A stretch of 64,000 nucleotides of DNA, from the NCBI GenBank assembly GCA_015231405.1, contig JADGBR010000003.1:93549-157548 (forward strand). Direction: 5' to 3'. This document shows, one piece after another, positions 1 through 9,469 of this stretch. The notes beneath the pieces were generated by a model that had not been told where the DNA came from, searched no databases, and was given only the letters and a program-made list of their open reading frames with translations. The position numbers were made by a program, and so were the translations under genes. Source of the DNA: Candidatus Omnitrophota bacterium. Lineage in GTDB: Bacteria; Omnitrophota; Gorgyraeia; Tantalellales; Tantalellaceae. The number at the start of each line of letters is the position of its first letter. Within the stretch, counting starts at the first letter, position 1.

Positions 1-8
1 TACGTGAA

Positions 9-395
9 GTGCTGGGGAATTTCGCGAAAATGAACAAAGAGGATTCCGCTTATGTCTCTTCGGGGATCGCTCAGGCTGTCGAATCATTCCGCGGAGCGTT
101 AACGGGACTCTTTCCCTATAAAGGCCAGATACTCGAGAAGATCTCAGAAAAGGAAGTGCTAATTAACCTCGGGTCAGCTTATGGGATCAGGCCGGGTGAC
201 AGGCTCGTCGTTTATCGCCAGCTTCCGGCGAGGGTAGATCCTAATACCGGGATGGCCATAGACGAGAGGATCCCCGGGGTATTCCTGACCGTTAAAGATG
301 TCACTTCGGGCATATCCTGTACCGCCAAGGGGAAGGCGTCCGATATCCGGGGGCTTGAGATAGGGACGGTGGTTTCGACGGCCGGGGCGCGATAA
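9..395 (+). CDS. hypothetical protein, 5'-truncated at the window edge (C-terminal about 128 aa visible)
   Basis: The ORF is open to position 1 with no upstream in-frame stop. It has no recognisable catalytic motif. It is co-directional with downstream genes. Confidence 0.4.
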   Translation: MLGNFAKMNKEDSAYVSSGIAQAVESFRGALTGLFPYKGQILEKISEKEVLINLGSAYGIRPGDRLVVYRQLPARVDPNTGMAIDERIPGVFLTVKDVTSGISCTAKGKASDIRGLEIGTVVSTAGAR

Positions 396-420
396 GCCCC
401 CGGGAAAGAAAGGGTGAGGC

Positions 421-1326
421 ATGATAAGAACCGAGACGGGTGTTCCCGGCAATAAGGCATATCCTTCCTTCAGGAAAATAACTCTCGAAGACAAACCCTT
501 CATAGAGAAGGCGCTGGCGATCGATCCGCCCGAAATATCAGAGATGACTTTCACCAATATCTATTCCTGGAGAGAACCCGAGAGGACGGAGATCGCTTTT
601 TTTGACGGGGCAGTCATTTTTCGGTCGATGGCGGGCGATATTATCCGCTATTACGCTTCTTCCGGCGATCATGATCCTCGGCTGTTCATGTCGGGTATAC
701 TTGAATATGATCATGGCGTATTTGTCCCGGTTCCGGAAAGGACGGCCGCTATGCTCTCCAAAGACGCGAGGTTCAGCGTCAGGGAAGACCGGGATAATTT
801 CGATTATCTATACAGGATGGAAGACCTCGTCGTTTTGCCCGGGAAAAAGTTTGACGGGAAAAGGAATCTCATAAGGAAATTCAAAACGGCGCACGCGTTC
901 GAGTATCTTCCGGTGGACGGCGGGAACGCCGGAGAGTGCCTGGGGTTCGAGGAGGCATGGTGCGATATTAAGGAATGCGACAAGGATAAGGGCCTTTCGG
1001 AAGAGCGGGTGGCTTTTCAGGAAATGGTAAGGCACTCGACCGCGTTCGGTCTTACGGGCGGGATGATAAAGATCGGAGGGAAAATATCCGCGGTCGCGAT
1101 ATCCGGGAAATTGAACGCGAACACCATGGTTATGTACATATTGAAAGCCGACCCGGGCGTAGCGGGACTCTATCAGACGATGATGAACGAGTTCCTGGCC
1201 AGGAACTCGGGTAGTGCGGAATTCGTGAATCTCGAACAGGACCTCGGGATCGATGGTCTCCGTAAAGCTAAATTGTCTTTCCATCCGGTCAGAATGATAA
1301 AGAAATACGAAGTATCGCTGAAATAA
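421..1326 (+). CDS. DUF2156 family protein, related to the C-terminal domain of phosphatidylglycerol lysyltransferase (MprF)
   Basis: 301-aa ORF, with an SD-like gggtgagg before the ATG. Family-typical segments are DNFDYLY...LxGKKFxxKRNLIRKFK and the downstream acyltransferase-like core. I recognise the family by eye; there was no database search. Confidence 0.55.
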   Translation: MIRTETGVPGNKAYPSFRKITLEDKPFIEKALAIDPPEISEMTFTNIYSWREPERTEIAFFDGAVIFRSMAGDIIRYYASSGDHDPRLFMSGILEYDHGVFVPVPERTAAMLSKDARFSVREDRDNFDYLYRMEDLVVLPGKKFDGKRNLIRKFKTAHAFEYLPVDGGNAGECLGFEEAWCDIKECDKDKGLSEERVAFQEMVRHSTAFGLTGGMIKIGGKISAVAISGKLNANTMVMYILKADPGVAGLYQTMMNEFLARNSGSAEFVNLEQDLGIDGLRKAKLSFHPVRMIKKYEVSLK

Positions 1327-1366
1327 ATAGGTCAAAGCGCGGCAAATATCAAAACAGGAGGTAAGT

Positions 1367-1792
1367 ATGGGCTCAGCGTTAAAAATCGAGGCACTCGAGT
1401 TCGCGAGGGGCGCTAACGTTTCCGTTCTGGCGACGGGGTCGGGAGCAAAAAGGGTCAATGCCAGGGTTATGCAGATCGTGAAAGTCGATGACGATTTTAC
1501 CGTATGGTATTCCACATACGGCGCTTCGGATAAGATATCTGAGTTAAAGAACGACCCCAGAACATGCGTAATAATGAGCAATTATAAGGTTATGACCGAT
1601 CTCCGGTTCCACGGGACCACCGAGATAATAACCGACCAGAAGACCAAAGACAGGCTTTGGCAGGATGAATGGACCCGTTATTACCCCAAAGGGAAGACCG
1701 ACCCGAATTACACGATACTTAAATTCACCCCGGGTGAGGTAGAGTTCCGGAACATGAATAAGTATGGGATGGAAGCGAAGAAGTTAAAATAG
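1367..1792 (+). CDS. pyridoxamine 5'-phosphate oxidase-like FMN-binding protein (general stress protein 26 family)
   Basis: 141 aa, with RBS aggagg 8 nt upstream. The motif pattern VSVLAT...RVM..V.VDDDFTVWYST...K..E...NP...VIM...LRFHGTAEII.D...KDRLW...YPKG..DPNYTILKFTP fits the small PNPOx-like stress proteins. Confidence 0.6.
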   Translation: MGSALKIEALEFARGANVSVLATGSGAKRVNARVMQIVKVDDDFTVWYSTYGASDKISELKNDPRTCVIMSNYKVMTDLRFHGTTEIITDQKTKDRLWQDEWTRYYPKGKTDPNYTILKFTPGEVEFRNMNKYGMEAKKLK

Positions 1793-1994
1793 AACAGGAT
1801 AAAGAATACACCTGAACGTCCTGATGATGTAACAATTTATGCTGACTTTCATCATGCTAGCGGCGAGGTGTGGACATCTTCTTCACGCCTTCGGCACGAA
1901 GCATGGAACTCTTTGAATGTCAGCAAGGTTCTTGACACTATGAACGTCCTCTTGCGGTGGGCTTAACCCTTGGGCTTGTGGTATACTGTATTGA

Positions 1995-3689
1995 ATGTTT
2001 GGAAAAGAGCTCAAGAGGTTTTTCGTGTTTTCGGTCAAGTATCCGGCGGCCTTCCTTTTAATGGCTTTCCTGATCATTCCGGACAATGTTTTTGCGGCTG
2101 TCCTGAATGATCTCTATCGGCCCATTCTTCCTCAAAAAATGTTCCTGTACTCCGGTAAAACCCGGCTATTGAGCACCGATGAGGACGGGATACACGGGCT
2201 CGACCCTTTCGGGAAGTTCGATTCGCGGCCCTTGACCGTCGATACGACGAACCGTCTATCCGCGTCAATTATGGATAACTGGGAGATCTCTTTTTCAAGC
2301 TCCGAGTATCTGCCTGCGCATTATTCAAGAAAGACATATTCAACCAACAGCTCGCTTAATATCACCCAGGAATACGATCTTGATTCGTTCAGGGATTATT
2401 CCATAGGTTCCAGGGTGAGGGTGAATAACTGTCTTGAATTATTCGGCTCTGTCGGGGCGAGATGGGGCAAGACCAACTGGGACCTTTATTCGTCGACGAC
2501 TACGCGGTTCGCTCACATATTGTCCCGCTATTCTTACGCGGATCTGGGCGCACGTTATCTTTCCGATGGAGGGAATAACGACCCCGGGAAAAACCTTTCT
2601 CTCGTATTCAGGCCGCTATTATGCCCCGGCCAGGTCAACGTGGAGACGGGGATATCCGCCGACAGGGGGACGATAGACCGCGAATATTATTATTACACTA
2701 ACGGCGGTGGCAGTACATTTTATTACGAATTCGACCACAGGCTCAAGCCTTCGTTCAATACTTACGCGCGTATCAGAACGGGCGTCGGCGGCGATATGGA
2801 AATGGGCTCCGGAATAAAGTTCAGGACGCCGCTTATTTATCGCTATACGTACAAGCTGAAAACCGTAAGCACGGGGCTTATGTCATCCGTCTCGGGGGAA
2901 TATTCGCAGTTCAACGATTTTACCGTTCCCCTCGACATGGTCTATCGCAATTCCGAAAGGTTCGAGACGCGCATATCCGCGGATACAAGGGTAACCGTAC
3001 AAAGGCTTAAATATAGGTCCGGAGCGACGACCGGCGTGATAACTGGATATCCCCAAAAAGATCTGACGGCTTTGAGCTCAAACCCGCGCGCGGACTTTTT
3101 TTATTTGCTGGGGGATTGTACGGCGGCGAAGCGCGAGAAGTTCGATCTTATCGCCCGACCGGGCCTTGCTAAGGGCCAGCTCTTGCTCAACGCCGGATCG
3201 GAGATGGACCTGGCAGCGATAATGAGGGATACCGATCATGACACATTGAACCTGATAGACCCCTATAGCGTCTTTTCGGGTCCGCTCGATTATTTTTCCC
3301 CGGGTAACGAGCAGTATGCCTTTTTTCTTGGGAATACTTCTAATTACGCGGCTAATGTGCTCCCTCAAAATTATTGGAAATATTATTTCGGCGGAAGATA
3401 CGGGTTGTCTAAGGGAGAGGAAATAAGAGTTAATATGGGTTTTTCGTCGCCTAGCTCCCTTGAACATTACACGCTGAACGATCTCAAGAAACGGTGGTAT
3501 AGATTTTGCCCGGGATATTTCTATGAGTTTGGTTATGATATGCGCCTCTCGGACAGGGCGTCATTCTCGGTCAGGTCAAGATATGTCCCTGAATACGCGA
3601 CATTTTTGATCATTGAAGGGGATCAAAGACAGTATTCATCATTGACGGAATATTTGGATGTCGCCCTATCACTGGATATCCAGTTCTAG
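1995..3689 (+). CDS. putative outer-membrane beta-barrel protein (secreted, unknown function)
   Basis: The N-terminal signal peptide is KRFFVFSVKYPAAFLLMAFLIIPDNVFA|AV. The long ORF has alternating hydrophobic and aromatic patterning and ends in an aromatic ...SLDIQF, as OMP barrels usually do. A possible promoter with an extended -10 (tgtggtatact) lies about 15 nt upstream. Confidence 0.45.
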   Translation: MFGKELKRFFVFSVKYPAAFLLMAFLIIPDNVFAAVLNDLYRPILPQKMFLYSGKTRLLSTDEDGIHGLDPFGKFDSRPLTVDTTNRLSASIMDNWEISFSSSEYLPAHYSRKTYSTNSSLNITQEYDLDSFRDYSIGSRVRVNNCLELFGSVGARWGKTNWDLYSSTTTRFAHILSRYSYADLGARYLSDGGNNDPGKNLSLVFRPLLCPGQVNVETGISADRGTIDREYYYYTNGGGSTFYYEFDHRLKPSFNTYARIRTGVGGDMEMGSGIKFRTPLIYRYTYKLKTVSTGLMSSVSGEYSQFNDFTVPLDMVYRNSERFETRISADTRVTVQRLKYRSGATTGVITGYPQKDLTALSSNPRADFFYLLGDCTAAKREKFDLIARPGLAKGQLLLNAGSEMDLAAIMRDTDHDTLNLIDPYSVFSGPLDYFSPGNEQYAFFLGNTSNYAANVLPQNYWKYYFGGRYGLSKGEEIRVNMGFSSPSSLEHYTLNDLKKRWYRFCPGYFYEFGYDMRLSDRASFSVRSRYVPEYATFLIIEGDQRQYSSLTEYLDVALSLDIQF

Positions 3690-3721
3690 ATAGAACTGGA
3701 TATCCGGATATAAAGTGGATA

Positions 3722-4372
3722 TTAAAAAGGCGACGGTTCTGGTTGTGGTTCAGGATCAGGCTGTGGTGTTGGAGTTGGAGTCGGCTCAGGATCGGGAACC
3801 GGAGTCGGATCGGGAACCGGAGTCGGATCGGGAACCGGAGTCGGATCGGGAGCCGGAGTCGGATCGGGAGCCGGAGTCGGATCGGGAGCCGGAGTCGGAT
3901 CGGGAGCCGGAGTCGGGTCAGGACCCGGAGAGTTATCTCTCATGACTCTTCCTCTATTTCCGGTAGTTTCCTTTCTGTCCGAGTCCTTATCGTGTCCATA
4001 CGGGGCGATCATCGCAACCTTTCCCATATTTCCTTGCTCACGCTTATCTCGAGGATGAAAACCCCAGTTAGATCTCATTTCTCGCATTTCTTTTACTTCG
4101 CCTCTTTCACTTCGATCAATATGTGACATTTCCTTACGATCTTGCACTATTTCTTTGCGTATTTCTTTGCGTATTTCTTTGTTTTCCCTGATACTTTCTC
4201 TGATCTCTTTCATCTCAGAACCTTTTCCATGATCCTCGTCATTACGCCCGTTATTTTCTTTAAGATCATTTTTATCATTCTTATCCTCTTTATCATTTTT
4301 CGCCAGACAAAACGAAATACTAAAAGAACATAAAAACCACCCCGCTAACATTATAATTAAAATCTTTTTCAT
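3722..4372 (-). CDS. secreted low-complexity protein: signal peptide, K/E/D/R-rich region and C-terminal (PDPTP[AV])n repeat tail
   Basis: On the minus strand, the ORF has a clear signal peptide (MKKILIIMLAGWFLCSFSISFCLA) and an RBS gagaggtga directly upstream. The C-terminal 60 aa are encoded by an 18-bp tandem repeat. The overlapping + strand ORFs (DREPES repeats) are frame artefacts of the same repeat. Confidence 0.6.
   Translation of the reverse strand: MKKILIIMLAGWFLCSFSISFCLAKNDKEDKNDKNDLKENNGRNDEDHGKGSEMKEIRESIRENKEIRKEIRKEIVQDRKEMSHIDRSERGEVKEMREMRSNWGFHPRDKREQGNMGKVAMIAPYGHDKDSDRKETTGNRGRVMRDNSPGPDPTPAPDPTPAPDPTPAPDPTPAPDPTPVPDPTPVPDPTPVPDPEPTPTPTPQPDPEPQPEPSPF
3789..3932. repeat. 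18-bp in-frame tandem repeat: ggatcggga[a/g]ccggagtc x7, plus one degenerate copy
   Basis: Counted directly from the sequence: three aacc units then four agcc units. It encodes TPVPDP/TPAPDP on the minus strand. Confidence 0.9.
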
Positions 4373-4647
4373 AGCTCACCTCTCAAGTTATACTAAGATA
4401 AAGTAAGAAATAACATAAAAACAATACTATCTAAATCTTTATACCTAACATTAAGTATACACTATTAGGAGGGTATATGCAACTTTCGAAAAAAAACCAT
4501 ACAGGTCCGATGAAAGTTTTCGATCGGTTTAATTTTCCTAAAGCCTAAGTCAGGACTGCCGAACTCGTCGAAAAAATTAACGCTGCCTGGATGGCGTTAA
4601 AAAAAACATAAGTTAAGATTATTAAAAGTAAATATTCTAGCGTGGTA

Positions 4648-4656
4648 TGTTATAAT
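4648..4656 (+). promoter_or_regulatory. possible extended -10 element (tgtTATAAT) in the AT-rich divergent intergenic region
   Basis: tggtatgttataatg lies 15 nt upstream of the ATG at 4672. There is no SD, so a leaderless or short-leader transcript is possible. It could also be a chance AT-rich match. Confidence 0.25.
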
Positions 4657-4671
4657 GTTGGCCTTATTATC

Positions 4672-7600
4672 ATGGAAAAATTATTTAGATATATTTCTTG
4701 GGTTGTGGTCCTAGCGTTTGTCTGTAGGTTAACTTCGCCCGAAGTAACATTTGCCGGAACGGATACTGCCTGCGAAATCGCGCTTAGTCCACCTTCGCGG
4801 TTAAAACCTCCCTGTGAAATAGTATGGACAGTTGGGCAGAAAGGGGGATATGAGTACGACATTGTTACCAACGATCATCCTGATATGGAAAAAGCATGGC
4901 GGGATGTGGAGAAAAATGAGGTTAAAAAGCTGGATGGAAAACTGAACGGGGAAGACACGATAATTGAAATGCTAGGAGGGCGGGTACCAGGAGGGGCCTT
5001 TAGGAACAGGTTCGCTCTGGCGGATATCGGCTGTCTTATGGCGCAGATGATCGCGATAACGAACGAACATAAGATCGAAGATCCGGCAAAGATACTTATC
5101 CCTTTAACGCTTAAACATCTTGGACGTAAGAACGGTTTAGAGGAAGTTCTTCTCGAAGGGTTTAATATCGGCGGGATAGAGGCTGTAAGGGAAGGCGGCG
5201 CGGTAACGAAATTCAGGATGCCTGTCATGAGAAATAACATTCCGGTATGGTGGCTTTGTTTTGAGCCTGCCACTATAAAAGACCCTCCCGAAGTTCCGGA
5301 TCTCGGTGTAAATATTACGACAGAGCCGTTCGGCGAGGCCGAAGACAACAAGGCCAGGGAACCGCTAAAAACCCAACCTTATCAGGACTTCATGCGCCAG
5401 GGGAACGGAGGCGTAATGCCTCTGGGGGATGATCCATTATCCGCGAATACGTCGCGAGATCTGCATCTTAAACGGCTCTGGGATCCGGAGGGTAATTCCG
5501 GCGGTAAAGAGCTGGATAACCTGGATAAGTATTTCAGCAGGGTGCCGCGTTCCTATAAGAACATACCCGACCTCGGCTCGGGCCTCCTGTCAAAGAGACT
5601 GGCCCATCCTTTGAGGGATAAACGGATGATAGAACGCTCGCAAGAGGGGATAAGGGCGATAGCGGATATGCCCGGAGAGGACCGGGAAGATCTATACAAA
5701 CATTTGGACCTCTTCTACAAGTATTTTGACGATTTCACTTATTCCTGGTTCCATAGTGATGGCGGCCGAAATCGTGATCAATACAGGAAAAGTTTGTTTT
5801 TTCTCTCTAAAATAGCGGATGAGCTCGAAGCTGTCCGCGGAATACTCAACGCCAAAGGCCGGAAGGGTAAATTTGTCCTTCCCGAAAAGATCGAGAAACT
5901 GCTTAAAGATAAGAACTTTTCGAAGGTGCGCGAATATTTCGCGAATTATCCGCTTGGAGAGGATGATATGCCGGGTCGCGATCTCGACTGGTTACATGAA
6001 TCGGCAAGGGCTTTAAGGGAAGGCTGGGGCCGCACCGATCATGAACGATACTTTTGGAGGGGGATCCCGCTGACACCGTTCTGGCAAGGCATAACAGGTT
6101 ATGATGAAAGGGACCGTAAAGGGGAATTTACTCCCGCTGTTATGAGGCGAATAGAAGAGTTCGAAAAGCTTGAAGAGGCTTTGAAAAAAGAGCCCAATGA
6201 ACGGATAGGGAATTTGCCGCGGCGTATCACGGAAAATATGAACGAGCTCCTTTTCGCGCTGGGCGGAGCGAATATGATCGAGGAAGGCCATTATTCAATT
6301 CCGGAAGGGACCGACGGGTCGGGCATCATACATCTTGAAAAGGCATGGAACCCGGTTGCCGGAACTTATGATCGTACCGATAAACTGGATATAGATCTCG
6401 GTGCGGATTCAAATTTTCTGGGTCTTACGGGTCCGAATGAGGTCGGTAAAAGCACTGCTATTGAGATGACGGCGCTATGCGTCCTGTATTACCAGATGGG
6501 GCTCCCTATACCGGCTCAGGCGGGGAAGATAGGGATATTCAGGAATATTTATACTGCCGTTCCAGGTTATGAAACACTTGAACCCGGGGAAAGCCAGCAT
6601 ACCGGCCTCATTAAGAGACTGACGGAGATAATAAAGATCGCCGGGCCCCGCGACCTGGTGCTTATAGACGAGGCCCATATGGGGTCGGACTATAAGGACC
6701 TTACGGCCTTAACGACCGTTCTCATGGAGGACCTAGTAGCTACCGGCGCGACGGTGCTCTACGCGACCCATCTCAAGAGCGCTATGCGAAGGATAGCCCA
6801 AAGCGATCCGCGGATAAATCCTAAACAGATCGTTCTAGTCGACGACGAGGACGGCATAGCGCATCGCGTCATGCTGCCGGGTATAGCGGAAAGGAGTTTA
6901 TCAATAAGAACGCTCGAATCGCTGGATTATCCTCCCGAAGTATTGAAGTGGACGGAGGAATATTATGACGCTATTTTGAGCGGTACTCCCGTTCCCGGAA
7001 CTGCCGAACGTCCGGTTATAACCAAGCGTAAACAAAAGCCCGTCCGCAAAAAAGAGGATGATAGAGGCGAAGCCATAGCCATGGAAGCCGCGAAGGCGTT
7101 GTTCCCCCAGAAGAATTTTTATTATGAGCTCGAGCTGGTCGCGTACCGGTTCGCCAGGGAAGATATCATTAAGTGGGATTCCGTCCCCGGAGCTATTGAC
7201 CTCAAAAAAGCCTTGTTCAAAAGGCCTGTTATCAGGAAATACGAGCCCGAAAAATTCGATGACATCGCCGTTTGCGTAGCGGCCCTTGATAGGATGAATA
7301 ACAGCGTGGTGAATAACTTAAAACGCAAAGCGGCTATGCTCAAAAAGATCCGAAAAGAAGGGCTGATGGATCATACTAAACCTGATGACATGAAAAGCAT
7401 GGTCGAGTTCCTTCATAAAAGTGTTGAACGTTTTAAAGGTTTCGACTTTGCCGATAGTTTTAAGGTATACGGCTGGGTAGAAGACCCTGAAACCGGAAGA
7501 AGAATGGACAGGGTGCCGGTCAACACGCCCAGAGAGATCAGAAAACACTATAGACAAAGCGTGAGACAACTGAAACACGAGTACGATACCCTCATGGGAT

Positions 7601-9012
7601 CTTTTTCCCTCCCGGAATTACGTAGGCTGGATTATCTGTCGGGTATAGCCGAGTCGATGCGCGAGAACGACCTTCATTTCGTTGAGCATTTAGGGGAAGG
7701 AGAGACTTTCAGCGTCAAGAACGCCCGTTCACCCTTTATCCCCAGGGATAAAGTCGTCGCTTTAGACTTAGAAGGGGATAGCGCTCACCCTGAGTTCATA
7801 ATAACCGGTCCGAATAAGAGCGGGAAGACGATGTCTATAAGGACTTTGGAGTCACTGGTGTATTTGGCCCGGTTGGATCTCCCGGTGCCGGCCCTGATGA
7901 GAATACCAAAATATGATAAGATGCTTACGTTTTTCGGAGGCAAAGAGGATATGGCCGGAGGCGATTCGTATTTCAGGGACGTCGCGGAGCGGCTTAACTC
8001 TATCCTGAACCAGGCGACATCGGGTTCGCTCGTCATAATGGATGAGTTGCATGGCAGCGACTACTGGGAACTTTCGGCGCTGCAGGCCGCGGTCATAAAA
8101 TATCTGGACGCCATAGGCGCTACCGTGATCCTTGTAACTCATATGCGTGAGGGTCTCGGGATGGCGCGCGAGATAAAGTCAGTGAAGTTCCTTAAGACCG
8201 GTGTCAGGCAGATCTCCGACGGAAGCCTCAAATACGATTATTCGATATCGGAAGATCCTTATCTCGAAGCTAAAAGTTTCGGAGTGGAAAGCGTTAAAGG
8301 TCTTTTAACGGCGAAACAATACAACCGGGTGCTTTCGATAAGGGCGTCAATGGAAAGGGAGGAGGGGAAAAAGGCCCCCGCCGGACCCGCGAGCGGACGG
8401 AATAACCCCGATGAATTCGTCCGTTCCGAAAGCGCGCGCGCGGCGGATCTGAGGGACGCGCTGAACTATGTCATAGGGAAGGAAATGGCCGAGACTTCGG
8501 GTATCGTAGCTCTCGGCACGGGCTGGATAAAGGGGTACGGTAAAGGGCTCTTACAGCATGATGGCCTGAACCCGCTTATTACGTCCTTGAAGGGTTTTTG
8601 CGAGGACCGGATGATACCTTTTGTCGTCGGAGAGGACGACGAACTGCCGGCACTGATAGAGGCGGAAAAAGAGCGCCGTGGAATGCCGGAAAACGCTAAG
8701 GGTATCATTCTCGCGGGCGTGAGCCGTGATGGTGACATGTCGGTCGCGGTCAGAGAACTTCTCGGAAATAAGGATCACACCGTAGTAGGGATCGACGGAC
8801 GCGAATTAACGACCGATAGTTACATAAGGATCCTGGAGATGCTCACAATAGCTCTTAATATTTCCATAGGGATAAAACCATCATTAGACAATGCCAGCAT
8901 GGACATTTTCCCGCCCGATGAGAACCACCCAATATACATCCTCACCCCCCACGCCCTGCCTATGAATTATTTCGAGTTAAAAGCCGTTTACGAAGCCCAG
9001 AAATTCGCGTGA
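4672..9012 (+). CDS. membrane-anchored or secreted protein with two tandem MutS2-like ABC ATPase domains (MutS domain V x2)
   Basis: The ORF is uninterrupted for 4.3 kb. The N-terminal hydrophobic segment is MEKLFRYISWVVVLAFVCRL. Module 1 runs IHLEKAWNPVAG...FLGLTGPNEVGKSTAIEMTALCVLYYQMGLPIPAQAGKIGIFRNIYTAV...LVLIDEAHMGSDYKDLTAL...VLYATHL. Module 2 runs NARSPFIP...FIITGPNKSGKTMSIRTLESLVYLARLDLPVPA...LVIMDELHGSDYWELSAL...VILVTHM. Both follow the MutS/MutS2 pattern GPNxxGKST ... hhhMDEhGRGT ... FATH. I see no Smr domain. The start is taken at the second in-frame ATG, where the signal-like segment begins. Confidence 0.7.
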   Translation: MEKLFRYISWVVVLAFVCRLTSPEVTFAGTDTACEIALSPPSRLKPPCEIVWTVGQKGGYEYDIVTNDHPDMEKAWRDVEKNEVKKLDGKLNGEDTIIEMLGGRVPGGAFRNRFALADIGCLMAQMIAITNEHKIEDPAKILIPLTLKHLGRKNGLEEVLLEGFNIGGIEAVREGGAVTKFRMPVMRNNIPVWWLCFEPATIKDPPEVPDLGVNITTEPFGEAEDNKAREPLKTQPYQDFMRQGNGGVMPLGDDPLSANTSRDLHLKRLWDPEGNSGGKELDNLDKYFSRVPRSYKNIPDLGSGLLSKRLAHPLRDKRMIERSQEGIRAIADMPGEDREDLYKHLDLFYKYFDDFTYSWFHSDGGRNRDQYRKSLFFLSKIADELEAVRGILNAKGRKGKFVLPEKIEKLLKDKNFSKVREYFANYPLGEDDMPGRDLDWLHESARALREGWGRTDHERYFWRGIPLTPFWQGITGYDERDRKGEFTPAVMRRIEEFEKLEEALKKEPNERIGNLPRRITENMNELLFALGGANMIEEGHYSIPEGTDGSGIIHLEKAWNPVAGTYDRTDKLDIDLGADSNFLGLTGPNEVGKSTAIEMTALCVLYYQMGLPIPAQAGKIGIFRNIYTAVPGYETLEPGESQHTGLIKRLTEIIKIAGPRDLVLIDEAHMGSDYKDLTALTTVLMEDLVATGATVLYATHLKSAMRRIAQSDPRINPKQIVLVDDEDGIAHRVMLPGIAERSLSIRTLESLDYPPEVLKWTEEYYDAILSGTPVPGTAERPVITKRKQKPVRKKEDDRGEAIAMEAAKALFPQKNFYYELELVAYRFAREDIIKWDSVPGAIDLKKALFKRPVIRKYEPEKFDDIAVCVAALDRMNNSVVNNLKRKAAMLKKIRKEGLMDHTKPDDMKSMVEFLHKSVERFKGFDFADSFKVYGWVEDPETGRRMDRVPVNTPREIRKHYRQSVRQLKHEYDTLMGSFSLPELRRLDYLSGIAESMRENDLHFVEHLGEGETFSVKNARSPFIPRDKVVALDLEGDSAHPEFIITGPNKSGKTMSIRTLESLVYLARLDLPVPALMRIPKYDKMLTFFGGKEDMAGGDSYFRDVAERLNSILNQATSGSLVIMDELHGSDYWELSALQAAVIKYLDAIGATVILVTHMREGLGMAREIKSVKFLKTGVRQISDGSLKYDYSISEDPYLEAKSFGVESVKGLLTAKQYNRVLSIRASMEREEGKKAPAGPASGRNNPDEFVRSESARAADLRDALNYVIGKEMAETSGIVALGTGWIKGYGKGLLQHDGLNPLITSLKGFCEDRMIPFVVGEDDELPALIEAEKERRGMPENAKGIILAGVSRDGDMSVAVRELLGNKDHTVVGIDGRELTTDSYIRILEMLTIALNISIGIKPSLDNASMDIFPPDENHPIYILTPHALPMNYFELKAVYEAQKFA

Positions 9013-9109
9013 TCGAAGTCAGCGTAAAAGGTCGCACTATCGTTCGCGGAACATCCTGTCGTCTGGCCTGAGGTTGTAGTATAATGCTCGGAACAAAAAA
9101 GGAGGGGTC

Positions 9110-9388
9110 ATGGTCAAGGCTGCGGCGAGGCATATTCTGGTGGAGACTAAGAAACAGGCGGAGGATATAAAGTCGAAGATCGCGAAGGGTGAGGATTTCG
9201 GAGAGATGGCAAAAAAATTTTCTCAGTGCCCTTCGGGTAAACAGGGCGGGAAACTCGGCGAGTTCACTCCGGGCCAAATGGTAAAAGAATTCGATCTGGT
9301 TGTTTTCTCCGCCGAAGTTGGAAAGGTCCACGGCCCGGTCCAGACCGAGTTCGGGTATCATCTCATAGAGATCACCAGAAGGGGATAA
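9110..9388 (+). CDS. ppiC: parvulin-type peptidyl-prolyl cis-trans isomerase (PpiC/Par10-like)
   Basis: 92 aa. A strong RBS aaaggagg and a -10 tataat sit upstream. The sequence is typical for a single-domain parvulin: HILV...FxxxAxxxSxCPSGKQGGxLGEFTPGQMVKEF...GYHLIEI. Confidence 0.85.
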   Translation: MVKAAARHILVETKKQAEDIKSKIAKGEDFGEMAKKFSQCPSGKQGGKLGEFTPGQMVKEFDLVVFSAEVGKVHGPVQTEFGYHLIEITRRG

Positions 9389-9469
9389 TAATGCCCTCAT
9401 ATTTACCGAAAATATAAAAGGATCGGGCAGGATCAGTTTGATCCGGGAGAGAAGGCCCGAAGGCAGAAC

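Noticed and set aside
808-1581. 257-aa minus-strand ORF overlapping the DUF2156 and PNPOx-like genes
   Set aside because: It lies antisense to two + strand genes with recognisable family motifs. It has no motif of its own, and its composition is typical of an antisense shadow frame in GC-rich coding DNA.
3789-3932. Possible CRISPR array
   Set aside because: It is a perfect head-to-tail 18-bp tandem with no spacers, and it sits inside a coding frame. The heptamer hairpin repeats elsewhere also lack spacers. I could not recognise any CRISPR array in this window by eye.
3715-4126. Plus-strand ORFs (DREPES repeats; RIGNRS repeats) over the 18-bp tandem repeat
   Set aside because: They are alternative-frame readings of the repeat. 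The minus-strand frame has a signal peptide and an RBS, so it is the gene.
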